From: an uncultured virus (IMG/VR IMGVR_UViG_3300042257_000233)
Taxonomy: Duplodnaviria; Heunggongvirae; Uroviricota; Caudoviricetes
Strand: one strand, 5' to 3'
IMG/VR virus record: IMGVR_UViG_3300042257_000233
Length of the DNA stretch: 64,000 nt
Shown: one piece after another, positions 1 to 9,946 of the stretch
Layout of the letters: each line of letters begins with the position of its first letter
How positions within the stretch are numbered: position 1 is the first letter of the stretch
The notes under the pieces: generated by a model
The model's database searches: none
What the model was told of the DNA's origin: nothing
Seen by the model: the letters and a program-made list of their open reading frames with translations, nothing else
Position numbers and translations under genes: made by a program

Positions 1-73
1 CGCAGTAGGCGGCAAGGCAAAGCGCCGCCGTGGTCACGATAATAAGCGGTAGTAGCTTTTTCATGTCCCCTCC

Positions 74-328
74 CTACAGCTCTACTTTTTGTGCGGTCAT
101 TTCAAATGTTGTCCGCATTATTTCAGTGTATTTGTATATCTTTTCGTGCATTTCATCAATTGTATCTTTTACAATTGTGTTCTCGTCGGTGATCGGCAGC
201 AGCAAATCACCCGTGTCACGCACCAGAAGCGGTTTCTTGTGCAGGCGCATATATTCGTCCTGTTGTTCCGTGCATGCGTGTTTTAAGATGCGGAACGTAG
301 ATTTCTTGTAAAGGTAGCATTCTTTCAT
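74..328 (-). CDS. hypothetical phage protein (leftward small-gene operon)
   Basis: ORF with AGGAG RBS, overlapping the neighbouring gene. Confidence 0.6.
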   Translation of the reverse strand: MKECYLYKKSTFRILKHACTEQQDEYMRLHKKPLLVRDTGDLLLPITDENTIVKDTIDEMHEKIYKYTEIMRTTFEMTAQKVEL

Positions 329-522
329 TTCTCCTCCTTTGATATTAACTTTTTACCACATACAGGGCAATACTCGATAGGTAGTCTTACTATAGTGTGA
401 AAAACTTTTTTACCGTACACATTTGTAATGTGAAACCCTATCTTTATTGTTCTCCCATCAATAAAACCATTTTTTTCATGGGAAATAATAGGTTGGCCTA
501 AATCACAATATTGACATTTCAT
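325..522 (-). CDS. small Zn-binding phage protein (CxxC...CPxCG)
   Basis: MKCQYC...YCPVCGKKL; start placed at ATG 522 behind GGGGAG rather than the track start. Confidence 0.6.
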   Translation of the reverse strand: MKCQYCDLGQPIISHEKNGFIDGRTIKIGFHITNVYGKKVFHTIVRLPIEYCPVCGKKLISKEEK

Positions 523-734
523 TTCTCCCCCTTGGTTAGATATTCGATACACGCTTTGAGTTTTGCGCTATCGTAGAACGGGTCAAGGCTGGTTATCCTT
601 ATATGCTCGGAAATATCTCTGTGTGAAACGGATAGTGCATTGTAAAACGCCTGTCCCTGTCTTAGCTCTGGGAACCTGCGGCGCATTCGCCGCGATTCTT
701 CCAAGACCGCATTAACTTCTGCTTTTGTTAGCAT
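519..734 (-). CDS. hypothetical phage protein
   Basis: RBS-preceded ORF; LRQGQAFYN...DPFY pattern typical of small phage proteins. Confidence 0.65.
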   Translation of the reverse strand: MLTKAEVNAVLEESRRMRRRFPELRQGQAFYNALSVSHRDISEHIRITSLDPFYDSAKLKACIEYLTKGEK

Positions 735-742
735 TTCCCCTC

Positions 743-949
743 CTATATCGTAGGCGCAAATTGTTCGATGTAGCGCACTTTTGCCTCAAAGTCCCAGTCG
801 GCCGGGAAATAGTATCTGCAAAAATTAGCTTCCATTGAGTTGTTTGTGGGGTAGCCGCACCGCTTGGCTGCGGATGTGCTTGAAAACGTCACCTCTTCGG
901 TTTGCCCAGCAAGGCAGAATACGAAGATCACAGGAATTGGCTGGCTCAT
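743..949 (-). CDS. hypothetical phage protein
   Basis: Tightly packed ORF with GAGG RBS. Confidence 0.5.
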   Translation of the reverse strand: MSQPIPVIFVFCLAGQTEEVTFSSTSAAKRCGYPTNNSMEANFCRYYFPADWDFEAKVRYIEQFAPTI

Positions 950-1185
950 ATCATCCTCTCCGCTTTTTCAATTAAACGCAGCTTTTCAGCCGGGTCGGTG
1001 GTGTCTCTTGCCATCAGCACAACATCACAGAAACGGTTGCCAATTTCTGTGAGATTAGAACCATTATCTTCCATTAGCTCCATCTCAAATATTAGATCGC
1101 GGAGCCGGGTTTGGGTGTTCACTGTGTTGTCAGCAAGCTGGATATTAGAATCATCCAGCAACATGTCGTTGATTTCTATGCACAT
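946..1185 (-). CDS. hypothetical phage protein
   Basis: Packed ORF in the leftward operon. Confidence 0.5.
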   Translation of the reverse strand: MCIEINDMLLDDSNIQLADNTVNTQTRLRDLIFEMELMEDNGSNLTEIGNRFCDVVLMARDTTDPAEKLRLIEKAERMI

Positions 1186-1394
1186 TATTCCTCCATTGCC
1201 CGGATATTACGGGCTCTTATTTCTTTTTGCAGACGTTCGACATCTGCCTGTAAATCTTGGCAGGTGCGCTTGTAAATGTCGCGATCTTCGGTGCGACGCG
1301 TCAGAGATTTCAGCAATCCCCGGCATATTTCAGCCAAGATTGCTGTAGATGCGCCCAATATTAGCGCAAGTGAACTAATTATTAGAATCAACAT
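1185..1394 (-). CDS. small membrane-anchored coiled-coil protein
   Basis: ATG 1394 behind AAGGAGG; hydrophobic N-terminus (LILIISSLALILGA) then coiled coil. Confidence 0.5.
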   Translation of the reverse strand: MLILIISSLALILGASTAILAEICRGLLKSLTRRTEDRDIYKRTCQDLQADVERLQKEIRARNIRAMEE

Positions 1395-1460
1395 TTTTCC
1401 CTCCTTAGTTTTTTTTGTTAGTGGTGTTATCACCTTCTCCTCCTGTGCCTTCCTGGCGTT

Positions 1461-1498
1461 GGGTGGGCCATTCATTCGGCCTCTTAGGTTCACCCGTG
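1461..1498 (-). repeat. 38-nt structured leader motif, copy 2 (copy 1 at 2130-2167)
   Basis: 35/38 identical to 2130-2167; GGGUG/CACCC stem enclosing AACCUAAGA and a GGCCG hairpin. Confidence 0.85.
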
Positions 1499-1557
1499 AC
1501 CTGTCTCATCAGTGCCGGGCGGTCATCTCCGGCAGACGCCCCGAAGGGCGTTTCGAC
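1497..1557 (-). ncRNA. type II hammerhead ribozyme with loop I pseudoknot
   Basis: Minus strand GUC-GAAA-CGCCC(UUCG)GGGCG-UC/-UGCCGG(AGAUGACCGC)CCGGCA-CUGAUGA-GAC-A-GGUCA: full catalytic core, three stems, loop UGACC complementary to tail GGUCA. Confidence 0.93.
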
Positions 1558-2114
1558 TACCAGAATATTGTCCCGGTATTCGTGTCAAAGGCGAACTCCC
1601 AGCAGGTATTGTTTGCCTGCCGGTTTATCGCGGTCAAGATGGCCCACGTGATCTCTTGGCCGTGGTTCCCGTGCCGGCCAACCATGTTGGCCTCAATTTT
1701 AGCCCTCTCTTCAGGGCTAATCGGAGTTTCGGCCAGCTGTGGCTGACCGTAACAATCCGTGTACGACACAGCCACAACTGTGTCGTCAACTTCCTCAACA
1801 GGCTTTTCGGGGAGTATTTCTACCTCCCCACCTTCTTCTTCAACAGGCTCTTCGGGGGCGTCAATATATGCGTCAGTTTCTGTATCATAAAGACGGAAGG
1901 CATCGATATTTATTGCTTCTTCCTTGCAATAAATTTCGAAAGAAGAAACTGAATTGAAAAATTCATGAGCAAACCGCCCATTTCTCCACGCTGAAAACTC
2001 AATTTCGAAATTATCGACTGTATCGTTGGTTGTCTCTACACAGTAGAGAATGTCATTTTCATCTGTAAATTGCAACTTGTTGCTGCTGTCTAATAATGCT
2101 AATTGTGTTTTCAT
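1557..2114 (-). CDS. acidic hypothetical phage protein
   Basis: 185-aa ORF with AGGAGG RBS; stop codon abuts the ribozyme. Confidence 0.75.
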   Translation of the reverse strand: MKTQLALLDSSNKLQFTDENDILYCVETTNDTVDNFEIEFSAWRNGRFAHEFFNSVSSFEIYCKEEAINIDAFRLYDTETDAYIDAPEEPVEEEGGEVEILPEKPVEEVDDTVVAVSYTDCYGQPQLAETPISPEERAKIEANMVGRHGNHGQEITWAILTAINRQANNTCWEFAFDTNTGTIFW

Positions 2115-2129
2115 CTTATCCTCCTAATC

Positions 2130-2167
2130 GGGTGGGCCGTTCTTGCGGCCTCTTAGGTTCACCCGTG
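2130..2167 (-). repeat. 38-nt structured leader motif, copy 1
   Basis: Lies directly before the AGGAGG RBS of 1557-2114. Confidence 0.85.
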
Positions 2168-2213
2168 GGATGAACATTTTTTCTCTCTTTTCATCCCTCA
2201 CTCTCTAATGCCA

Positions 2214-2241
2214 AAGATAATTAGAACCGAAAGCATGTCAA
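2214..2241 (-). promoter_or_regulatory. putative sigma70 promoter of the leftward operon
   Basis: TTGACA-N16-TATCTT on the minus strand with AT-rich upstream sequence. Confidence 0.55.
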
Positions 2242-2350
2242 GTAAAAAATCAATTTATTTTGAAAAAAATCAAAAAGGCTGTCACTGACGGGGTTTTGGG
2301 TTGACGACAATTTGTATAATTTTAGGGTATTTGCAGGTGTAGGAGGTTGG

Positions 2351-2695
2351 ATGCGTGATGAATCTTTGCTCTCGGAATACTATCCGGGAATCGCTATTGT
2401 GTCGCCGGGGCTGGCTGATGAAGTCATCACCCGGTCGGGTGGGATATGCGAACTTTGCGGGATGCGATTCGCAACGGAGATTCATCACATAGCCGGGAGA
2501 CGCAGAAAAGCACATGCAAAGAATCTGCTCCACCTGTGCGAAGACTGCCACAAGCCGCCGCACGGGGTGCATGGAGACGCGGAGTTGAACGGCTCTGTAA
2601 TGAAGAAGTATCAGGAATGGTGCCTTGGTAATGGCTACACAGAAGAAGAAACCAGATTTTTACTCGGCACTAAGAGCGGGAAGTTGTACATATGA
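2351..2695 (+). CDS. HNH endonuclease
   Basis: CELC...EIHHI...NLLHLCEDCH; ATG 2351 after AGGAGG; overlaps TerS. Confidence 0.8.
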   Translation: MRDESLLSEYYPGIAIVSPGLADEVITRSGGICELCGMRFATEIHHIAGRRRKAHAKNLLHLCEDCHKPPHGVHGDAELNGSVMKKYQEWCLGNGYTEEETRFLLGTKSGKLYI

Positions 2696-3141
2696 AAGAA
2701 GCAAAAAAACGTAAAGTTGGGGCACCCCGAAAGTTCGAGACCCCGGAAGAGCTTGCAGCAGCGATAGATGACTATTTCCAGAATGGGATAAGTAAGCGAC
2801 AAGTGGTGGTAGGGAAAGGGGAATCTGCAAAGACTATAGAGGTAGAGATTCCGACTGTTACCGGATTGTGCATACACTGCGGATTTGCAAGCAGGCAAAG
2901 CCTTTATGATTATGCAAAAAAAGACGGTTTTGCTTACATTATAAAAAGAGCGCAGCTTTTTATCGAAAATGAATACGAAGAATTGCTACAGCACGGCAAC
3001 GTCACAGGTGCTATTTTTGTGCTGAAAAACATGGGATGGATCGACAAGCAGACGATAGACAACAATGTAACAGTAGACAAGTCCGTAGAAGAACGTGCAA
3101 AAACGCTTGTGGATGAGGCACTTGGGCGCACAAATGGATAG
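2692..3141 (+). CDS. terminase small subunit, module A (P22 gp3-like)
   Basis: GAPRKFETPEEL...DYF...PTVTGLC...GAIFVLKN pattern; upstream of TerL. Confidence 0.85.
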   Translation: MKEAKKRKVGAPRKFETPEELAAAIDDYFQNGISKRQVVVGKGESAKTIEVEIPTVTGLCIHCGFASRQSLYDYAKKDGFAYIIKRAQLFIENEYEELLQHGNVTGAIFVLKNMGWIDKQTIDNNVTVDKSVEERAKTLVDEALGRTNG

Positions 3142-3288
3142 TGTATTTATACTACCAGAACCGAGATCGTTCGTTAGAAGCGATATTTCGACGCCTAATA
3201 ATCTGAGTGAGGTAGACTCAGATATGCTATTTTGCCGAAAATGGGGATTTTGTAAACACCATAGTTTGCAAGAGGTTACACTGGTAAA

Positions 3289-4890
3289 ATGAGAAAAGAG
3301 GCACTTTTCAGGCTCGAAGAGCAACCTGTAAAAATAATCCGCAAGCTGGCAGAGATCGACAAAGCCAAGGCGGTAGAATTTGCCAAAATGGTAGCAGCTG
3401 AGCCCTTGAAATACTGGTGCCCGAACCTCGTACAGGAGCAGATGATTGCAGAAACGGTTGCAGCGCAGCAGGAAAGTCCTGTGTCTACAGTACTGTTTAC
3501 ATGCGGCAACGGCGTAGGTAAGACAACGGCGGTGGTGAATATCATCTGCAACCTGATATATGGGCCGCAGAACGGGTGGTTTGATTATCCGCTGTTCAGG
3601 AACTGGCCATATCCGAAGCACATTACCCTTGTTACCACACCGGGGAACATATCGGACAACTACTTTTCAGAGTCATCGGGTGCACCATCATTTCAGAATT
3701 TTTTGGCCGGTAGGGACGTAACCTACAGCAAAGATGGCAAAAATCACATCTCTAAGGTTAAGTTCGGTGGTACTCCGTGGAGCCTGCGAACGATGACGTA
3801 CAATCAGGACAAATCTGAGATGGAATCCTTCACGACCGGTGTTTTTGTGTTCGACGAGCCACCACCAGCGCACTTCTGGGAAGCTGTCCCGGCACGGACA
3901 AGAAAGGGCGCCATTATCCTAATGCCAATGACCCCGCTGGACTGCGACCCATACGTGCAGGACGAGATTATAGACAAGGCAGACGCTAAGGTGCCGGGAT
4001 ATAGGCACATAACAGCATCGGCAACACAGGTATTAGACGACCAGCCACGGGGACATTACCCAAAAGCAGTATTCGAGGCACAGCGGGAACGGTACAGCGA
4101 TGAAGAGGCAGAGGCCCGTGTGGACGGGAAGCTCATGTATTTCTCGGAACGGATTATTCAGGTTGATGAGAGCGTACATCGAGTTGACCCGGAAGACTAC
4201 CCGCTAAAACCTAACTACCTTTATTATCACGTCTTTGACCCCGGAGATGGTAAGCCTAATGCAGAGCTGTGGGGTGCTATTACACCAGAAGGGCGAAAGA
4301 TTGTCTTTGCAGAGGCCCCCCTGGATCAGTCGAAAGACTTCTGGGATATGAAAGGTGGAACGACCGTGAAAGACCACATCCAGCAGTGCCTATTCAGGGA
4401 AAAGGGGTTTGAGAAGCGGTACGGCTTTAAGATGAACTTTACCCGCATTGTTGATTACCACTTTGCGAACCAGACCCGGGGTGGGCTGAAAACGAATCTT
4501 TGGGCTGATTATGCAAGAGAAGCTAAGAAGCTTGGGGTCTCCTTCCATCTTAACCCTTCATACAGCACTACCGGGACAGGTGAAACGGAATTGATATTCG
4601 GTCACAAGCACCTGAGAAACAGCCTTCAATACCTTTCGGATGGGAAGCCGGGCTTTGTCTTTTACCGGGAATGTTATCACTGCTGGAGAGGGATTACACA
4701 CTATGTGCGGAAACGAGCCAAGACAGAGGCTGAAATGATGCAACCAGCAACCACCAGAAAGATCGTGCAAAAGTATAAGGACATGGTGGATGTAATGCGG
4801 TACTTCGATTGCCATGAGGCTTATTTCCCCAAGAAAAGAGATAAGAGCAGCCGCAGAACAACCAGCAACGGAGTTTATAACACGATATGA
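3289..4890 (+). CDS. terL: terminase large subunit, module A
   Basis: Walker A GNGVGKT, Walker B VFVFDE, nuclease FDPG...DMVDVMRY. Confidence 0.9.
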   Translation: MRKEALFRLEEQPVKIIRKLAEIDKAKAVEFAKMVAAEPLKYWCPNLVQEQMIAETVAAQQESPVSTVLFTCGNGVGKTTAVVNIICNLIYGPQNGWFDYPLFRNWPYPKHITLVTTPGNISDNYFSESSGAPSFQNFLAGRDVTYSKDGKNHISKVKFGGTPWSLRTMTYNQDKSEMESFTTGVFVFDEPPPAHFWEAVPARTRKGAIILMPMTPLDCDPYVQDEIIDKADAKVPGYRHITASATQVLDDQPRGHYPKAVFEAQRERYSDEEAEARVDGKLMYFSERIIQVDESVHRVDPEDYPLKPNYLYYHVFDPGDGKPNAELWGAITPEGRKIVFAEAPLDQSKDFWDMKGGTTVKDHIQQCLFREKGFEKRYGFKMNFTRIVDYHFANQTRGGLKTNLWADYAREAKKLGVSFHLNPSYSTTGTGETELIFGHKHLRNSLQYLSDGKPGFVFYRECYHCWRGITHYVRKRAKTEAEMMQPATTRKIVQKYKDMVDVMRYFDCHEAYFPKKRDKSSRRTTSNGVYNTI

Positions 4891-5111
4891 CGGAAATACG
4901 ATTTAACAACTTACTCGAAAGGGTAAACAATGTTCTACCGTACAGCTTGCAGATAATGTACGATAACTCGACGCTGACCTTGTATTCTGTCAGTACAGAT
5001 GAATATGATATGCAGATATTAACCAGACAGCTCGACTATGGAACCGGTAGCATGGAAGAGTTTATACCGTTTTTAGCTGGTATGTTAGACAGGAGTAGAT
5101 GTGGAATATAA
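4887..5111 (+). CDS. hypothetical protein
   Basis: Overlapping ORF between TerL and portal. Confidence 0.5.
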   Translation: MTEIRFNNLLERVNNVLPYSLQIMYDNSTLTLYSVSTDEYDMQILTRQLDYGTGSMEEFIPFLAGMLDRSRCGI

Positions 5112-6969
5112 GCGTTATTTAGAAGATCAACAAGAGTTTAAGATAGTAGATATTATACAAGACCTGCGAGAAGATCAGAGTGAGCGGCAGGATTGGGATG
5201 TACAGGCAACAGACGGGTGGCGTATACGCAACAACCAGCTCCCAACCACAGAATCTATCGATAACCTGAAGAATTTCAAGGGTAAATGGTTTGTAGATAA
5301 CTGGGTTAAAAAGTCATTCCAGTGGTTGCGTTCCTACTTCACAGGTGCCGACCTGTTTGCAGACGTGAAGTCTTACGACGGGATTATAGAGCCAAACATG
5401 GAATTGCTGGAGAATGAAGTTAACTTCTCAATGACTCTAACCAATATCCAAAATATTGCAGCTGAAGCAGTTGAAGATAAGAACTACGTCGGTTATGGTG
5501 TTGTTCGTAGCTATTTCGATCCGCGCAGGATTAATGCTTTCTGGAAAACAGGGACGCCAATGCTGGAGCATATAGACGCGCGCAATGTATGGTTTAAGAA
5601 ATATGGAGACAGAATAGCCAGAATATTCCATGCAGAGGCTGTAGACACAGAAAAGCTAAGAGAGCAGGTGCGGCAATACGACCCAGACTTGGCTGACACA
5701 ATTAAGGAAGATGAAGGTTCAGACGGTCATGTAAAGTTCCCAAACGTGAAGGGAAGAACAATTGTCTATACCGGGGTTTATTGCAAGACAATACGCACAC
5801 AAAAGCGTGAGTTCATCTATGAGTTTACCGACTATGAAACCGGTGAGCAGAAGGAAGAAAACTGGCTGGAGTTTGAGGAAGAGTGGCAGGAGATGAAAGG
5901 GGAAGATCTCCCGGAAGGTGTTTATGTGGCAGACAGCCCCATTGATGTTGATATAGATTGCTATTTTCAGGTTATGTTCATCCCTTCTCAGGCAATATTG
6001 ATCAAGCAGCCAATAGTACAGGATGGGAAAACCGTCTGGAAAGAGGCTATCAATATAGGCGAGTATTGCAACTATCACTTTCTGCTTGGAAGCAAACAGA
6101 ATGAAAGCAACTATCCCTACGGTGATGCCTATGACATGAAGGACATACTTGACCTATCGGTTGTGTTTATGAGTTCCTTGGCCAAACAGATCGGCAATAT
6201 GAACAGGCCACAGCCCCAGATATTTGAGGATGCAATCGTAAATCTCAATGAGTTTATGAATGCGCACTGGAAATCTGATTTTACAACGATACTTGACCCT
6301 GAGTTTTTCCGGGAAAATCCTAACATCTCCCCCGATATGGCTGTGAACTATAAGCAGACACCAATCAATGACCGACTTTTCCTTGTGATGCAGAACTACA
6401 TTACAGAGGCCATTAAATCATCTACTGGTGCGATTGATAGTGCAAGGGGTGAGCAACAATACAGTGGCCAATCAGGAGTGCTGGCAAATCAGCTGCAAAT
6501 GGCAAGTCAAACATATTTGAAGTCAGACGAGAACCTTTACCGTGCATTCATTGATAGCATTTTGAACTGGCTAATGCACACTATAGTGGAATATCGTCAA
6601 TTTGCACACACCGTAAAGGGGTTGGATGCAAACGGGATGCCAACAGCAAGAGACGTAAACACTACGCTATACAACACCCTGAAAGACGATGACTATTTTG
6701 TAGAGGCAAACATGCAGCCGAACCCAGAGCAGCAGAAGCAGATTGAGCGTCAACAGGTGATGGAGTTGCTCGCTGCTGGTAAATTCCCACTTCGTGCAGC
6801 ATTGCAGGTGATGGACATATCGACAATTAACGTAGATCGCGTAATGGAAGAACTCGACCGTGAGCGCGGTGTAGATCAGATTGTAGCACTTATGGAAGAG
6901 TATCCAGAACTGCCACAGATAATCCAGCAGTATGTGCAAACGCAGCAAGGAGGCCAAGGTGCAGTATAA
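5101..6969 (+). CDS. portal protein, module A
   Basis: 622 aa after TerL; G...SGQSGVLANQLQ motif typical of P22-like portals. Confidence 0.8.
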   Translation: MEYKRYLEDQQEFKIVDIIQDLREDQSERQDWDVQATDGWRIRNNQLPTTESIDNLKNFKGKWFVDNWVKKSFQWLRSYFTGADLFADVKSYDGIIEPNMELLENEVNFSMTLTNIQNIAAEAVEDKNYVGYGVVRSYFDPRRINAFWKTGTPMLEHIDARNVWFKKYGDRIARIFHAEAVDTEKLREQVRQYDPDLADTIKEDEGSDGHVKFPNVKGRTIVYTGVYCKTIRTQKREFIYEFTDYETGEQKEENWLEFEEEWQEMKGEDLPEGVYVADSPIDVDIDCYFQVMFIPSQAILIKQPIVQDGKTVWKEAINIGEYCNYHFLLGSKQNESNYPYGDAYDMKDILDLSVVFMSSLAKQIGNMNRPQPQIFEDAIVNLNEFMNAHWKSDFTTILDPEFFRENPNISPDMAVNYKQTPINDRLFLVMQNYITEAIKSSTGAIDSARGEQQYSGQSGVLANQLQMASQTYLKSDENLYRAFIDSILNWLMHTIVEYRQFAHTVKGLDANGMPTARDVNTTLYNTLKDDDYFVEANMQPNPEQQKQIERQQVMELLAAGKFPLRAALQVMDISTINVDRVMEELDRERGVDQIVALMEEYPELPQIIQQYVQTQQGGQGAV

Positions 6970-7077
6970 CATCGTATTTGAAGAGCATGAGCACAACGAT
7001 AGTGTTGTAGGTACTGTAGAAGTACCAGAATATATAACAACATGGGGCAATGAAGAATCATCCCCGAAGGAGACAAA

Positions 7078-7794
7078 ATGAGTGATAAGGTAAATGATGC
7101 TGGCAACATTACCAGCGACAATGTACAAACCGCACAAGTTGACGGTTATGAAGTAAGCGTGAAGCAGCTTGAAGATGGCAGCCATGAGATTGTAGTGCCA
7201 GATGATGCACCTGATACAGATGAATTTGTTGAGAAGGTGAAAAAGGCACAGTCTGTTATGGGAATCATCAACAAGAAGGGCTTCGACGTGAATCGAAAGC
7301 GAGAGGATTTGGAAAAGAAAGAGGCGGAGCTGTTAAAGCGCGAACGGGAGCTACAGTTAAAGGCAATTCCAAAGGAATCCTTACCAGAACTAACTGAGCT
7401 GGTTTATCAGGAGCTTGGCATTAAAACGGAAGATGAGCTTGATGATGTTACACAGGCTGAGTTGTTAAAGGCTCAGACGAAAGCACTCAAGACGTTGGAT
7501 GAAATGCGTAAAAAGAGCACTGATAACCAAGGGCTAATCCAGTCATTCATCAACGATGGCGGTGACTACAATGGATTGGTAGAGTTCGCAGCTATGCTCA
7601 ATGCCCCTATTTCCAAGGCTCTCATTAACCAATACACTAAAACAAACGGGACGAAGAGAAAGTTTTCCACAGAAGAGCTATCCAAGATTCAGGGTCAGGC
7701 GATCAGTGTTGTTCGGCGTGGCGGAGCTGCACCGGGGACAAAGATGAGCAAAGCTGAACGGATATTTAATGCAGGTGGAGGCCCTCGTCTCTAA
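7078..7794 (+). CDS. putative scaffolding protein, module A
   Basis: Charged helical protein between portal and capsid. Confidence 0.6.
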   Translation: MSDKVNDAGNITSDNVQTAQVDGYEVSVKQLEDGSHEIVVPDDAPDTDEFVEKVKKAQSVMGIINKKGFDVNRKREDLEKKEAELLKRERELQLKAIPKESLPELTELVYQELGIKTEDELDDVTQAELLKAQTKALKTLDEMRKKSTDNQGLIQSFINDGGDYNGLVEFAAMLNAPISKALINQYTKTNGTKRKFSTEELSKIQGQAISVVRRGGAAPGTKMSKAERIFNAGGGPRL

Positions 7795-7806
7795 TAGGGA
7801 GCTGAA

Positions 7807-9144
7807 ATGGCTTATGATCCGACAATAAATAGTGGTGCTCGTGGCACCGCTCAAGAAAACTTGCTGAATGGGATTAATTCCCGCCGCGGGTTTAGTGTTG
7901 ACTACAAGATTGCTGAGCTGGAACCAAACGAAACACAGTTTGTGTCCACGCTTTTGGCGTTAAAACGGAAACCAGTTAATGACCCAGATCACAAATATCT
8001 GGAACATCGCCAAGCGTGGCTTGACAATCGTAAGGTTTATTCCACAACGACAGTTGCATGTTCTGCAACATACGCAGGTAAGGCATTTACATCATGGACA
8101 ATTGACGATGGTGACGGTGCTGCACCAGATTACTTTACCAAAAGTGCAGAAGAACCTTACGTGCTTCAAGTTGTAGATACAGACGACACATCGAAATACT
8201 GTAACTTCCTTGTGACGGCGGTAACTGATACTGGTGAAACTACCGCGACCATTTCTGTTGTACAGCTTACAGACAAACCGGGGTTTAACGTCGCAGACAA
8301 TGATCCTATTTATATCATCGGTACAGCGTTTGATGAAGGTGGTAACAAGACTACCGCATACAGTGACATTGTTTCTGTTAAGTGGGCTTCTTGCCAGATT
8401 TTCAAGACTTCGGTTAAAGCGTCTCGTACTACAATGAAAACATGGACTGCCGGTGGTGATGAGTGGGATCGTTTGCAGCGTGAAGCATTAAAAACCCATA
8501 AGGTAGACATGGAGCGAAGCTTCCTGTTTGGCTCTCGCGTTATCGGTAATGCCACAACAGCTGCTGCAAGTACGGCAAACGACCCATTTGGGGCACCTGT
8601 AGCTACTCAGCTTGGTGGCACACCCACTAAACCAGTGCGCACATCAATCTCCATCCAGCAGGCTGCACGTTGGGCCGATGAAGTTGGCATGGGTGGATGT
8701 CGCCTATTCAATAATACTGAAGCAGACTACAAATACGCAAACTTCCTTGATGACATGGAAGAGCTGTTTGAGTTTGGCAGTGACAGCCGCTACTTCTTTG
8801 GTGGTCAGGGTGTCCTCACTATCCTTACCAAAATGGCACTTGACACAAGCACAAACCTTACATCCGAGCAGGGTGTAAACGAGGCTGGTGTTAAGTATAC
8901 CAAGTTCATGACACCTCACGGTGATCTGAAATTCGTTCGCCACAAATTATTCCGTGGCGTTTATGCAAAGAAAGCCTTTGCAGTTGATATGAACAACATC
9001 GATCTGATGGTGTTTGATGGTACGTTTGTACGTGAAGACGTTCAGACACCGGGCTATGATGGTCAGGAAAATGAGATCATTTCCGATATGGGCTTGATTA
9101 TCAACCTTCCAGAAGCTACCGTAGCTGAGTTCAACTGGCAGTAG
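7807..9144 (+). CDS. major capsid protein, module A (SU10/DUF5309-like)
   Basis: CQIFKTSV...HKVDMERSFLFG...TPHGDL pattern; synteny. Confidence 0.85.
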   Translation: MAYDPTINSGARGTAQENLLNGINSRRGFSVDYKIAELEPNETQFVSTLLALKRKPVNDPDHKYLEHRQAWLDNRKVYSTTTVACSATYAGKAFTSWTIDDGDGAAPDYFTKSAEEPYVLQVVDTDDTSKYCNFLVTAVTDTGETTATISVVQLTDKPGFNVADNDPIYIIGTAFDEGGNKTTAYSDIVSVKWASCQIFKTSVKASRTTMKTWTAGGDEWDRLQREALKTHKVDMERSFLFGSRVIGNATTAAASTANDPFGAPVATQLGGTPTKPVRTSISIQQAARWADEVGMGGCRLFNNTEADYKYANFLDDMEELFEFGSDSRYFFGGQGVLTILTKMALDTSTNLTSEQGVNEAGVKYTKFMTPHGDLKFVRHKLFRGVYAKKAFAVDMNNIDLMVFDGTFVREDVQTPGYDGQENEIISDMGLIINLPEATVAEFNWQ

Positions 9145-9151
9145 GGGGTGA

Positions 9152-9547
9152 ATGATGAAATCACTAAATGGCTATAAGGTTCTTATTTATTCCGGCCTTG
9201 CTCTCCCAGACAGTGCTGGAGATAATGTAACATCTGTTTCAACACCAGCAATAAACGATGATTTGTCTAACAAAAAGTTTATTGTTCAGGCTGAAATCAC
9301 AGAGGCTTGTGCTGGTAATGGTGGTCTTGACATTGCAATTCAAGGCTCTTTTGATGGTGATAATTGGGTTGACCTTGATGCTTCTGTTGGGCTTGCTGTT
9401 GATACTACTGGGCTTAATACTGGGATTGCTGTTGCTGATCTTAGTAATCTCTATGCTCCAATGTATCGCCTTAAAGCATATACTAACGGAACAGATACAC
9501 AAGACGCAGCGGCATTAACACTGTCTCTTGCGTATAAACCTGTATAA
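9152..9547 (+). CDS. putative capsid decoration/auxiliary protein
   Basis: Small beta-rich protein right after the capsid gene (IQGSFDGDNWVDL). Confidence 0.5.
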   Translation: MMKSLNGYKVLIYSGLALPDSAGDNVTSVSTPAINDDLSNKKFIVQAEITEACAGNGGLDIAIQGSFDGDNWVDLDASVGLAVDTTGLNTGIAVADLSNLYAPMYRLKAYTNGTDTQDAAALTLSLAYKPV

Positions 9548-9554
9548 CAACAAC

Positions 9555-9572
9555 GGGGCGGTTCGCCGCCCC
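9555..9572 (+). terminator. GC hairpin with UUCG loop after the capsid genes
   Basis: GGGGCGG-TTCG-CCGCCCC followed by TTATT. Confidence 0.65.
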
Positions 9573-9592
9573 TTATTCTGGAGGCATTAGAT

Positions 9593-9946
9593 ATGGCTAA
9601 ATTTATTTCAAAACGTGCGAACGTAAACTTTGAGGGGTGTGCATTTAGAATGTACACGTATAGCACCGAAGAGCCCGAGCGGATACAACGGTTGCGCCGG
9701 TCTTATTGGTATGACAAAGATTTTATTGAGCTGCGCGATGGTGAGGAAGTGGAAAGCACCAATGGTGAAGATGTACTGTCAAGCCTGACAACCGAAGAGA
9801 TAGAACGCATTCTGCGAGAAAGACGAGCTTCTGTTGATTATAGTGAGTGGAAATATCAAGACCTCTATAATGAAGCAAAAAAGCGCGGTGAATCGTTCTC
9901 AAAGCGTCCAACAAAAGATGAGTTAATAGGAATCTTGAATGGATAG
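9593..9946 (+). CDS. virion-module protein with C-terminal HeH/Rho-N-like motif
   Basis: KYQDLYNEAKKRG...TKDELIGIL. Confidence 0.55.
   Translation: MAKFISKRANVNFEGCAFRMYTYSTEEPERIQRLRRSYWYDKDFIELRDGEEVESTNGEDVLSSLTTEEIERILRERRASVDYSEWKYQDLYNEAKKRGESFSKRPTKDELIGILNG

Noticed and set aside
1394..1493. N-terminal extension of the track ORF 1185-1493
   Set aside because: Overlaps the structured leader; better RBS-start pairs lie downstream
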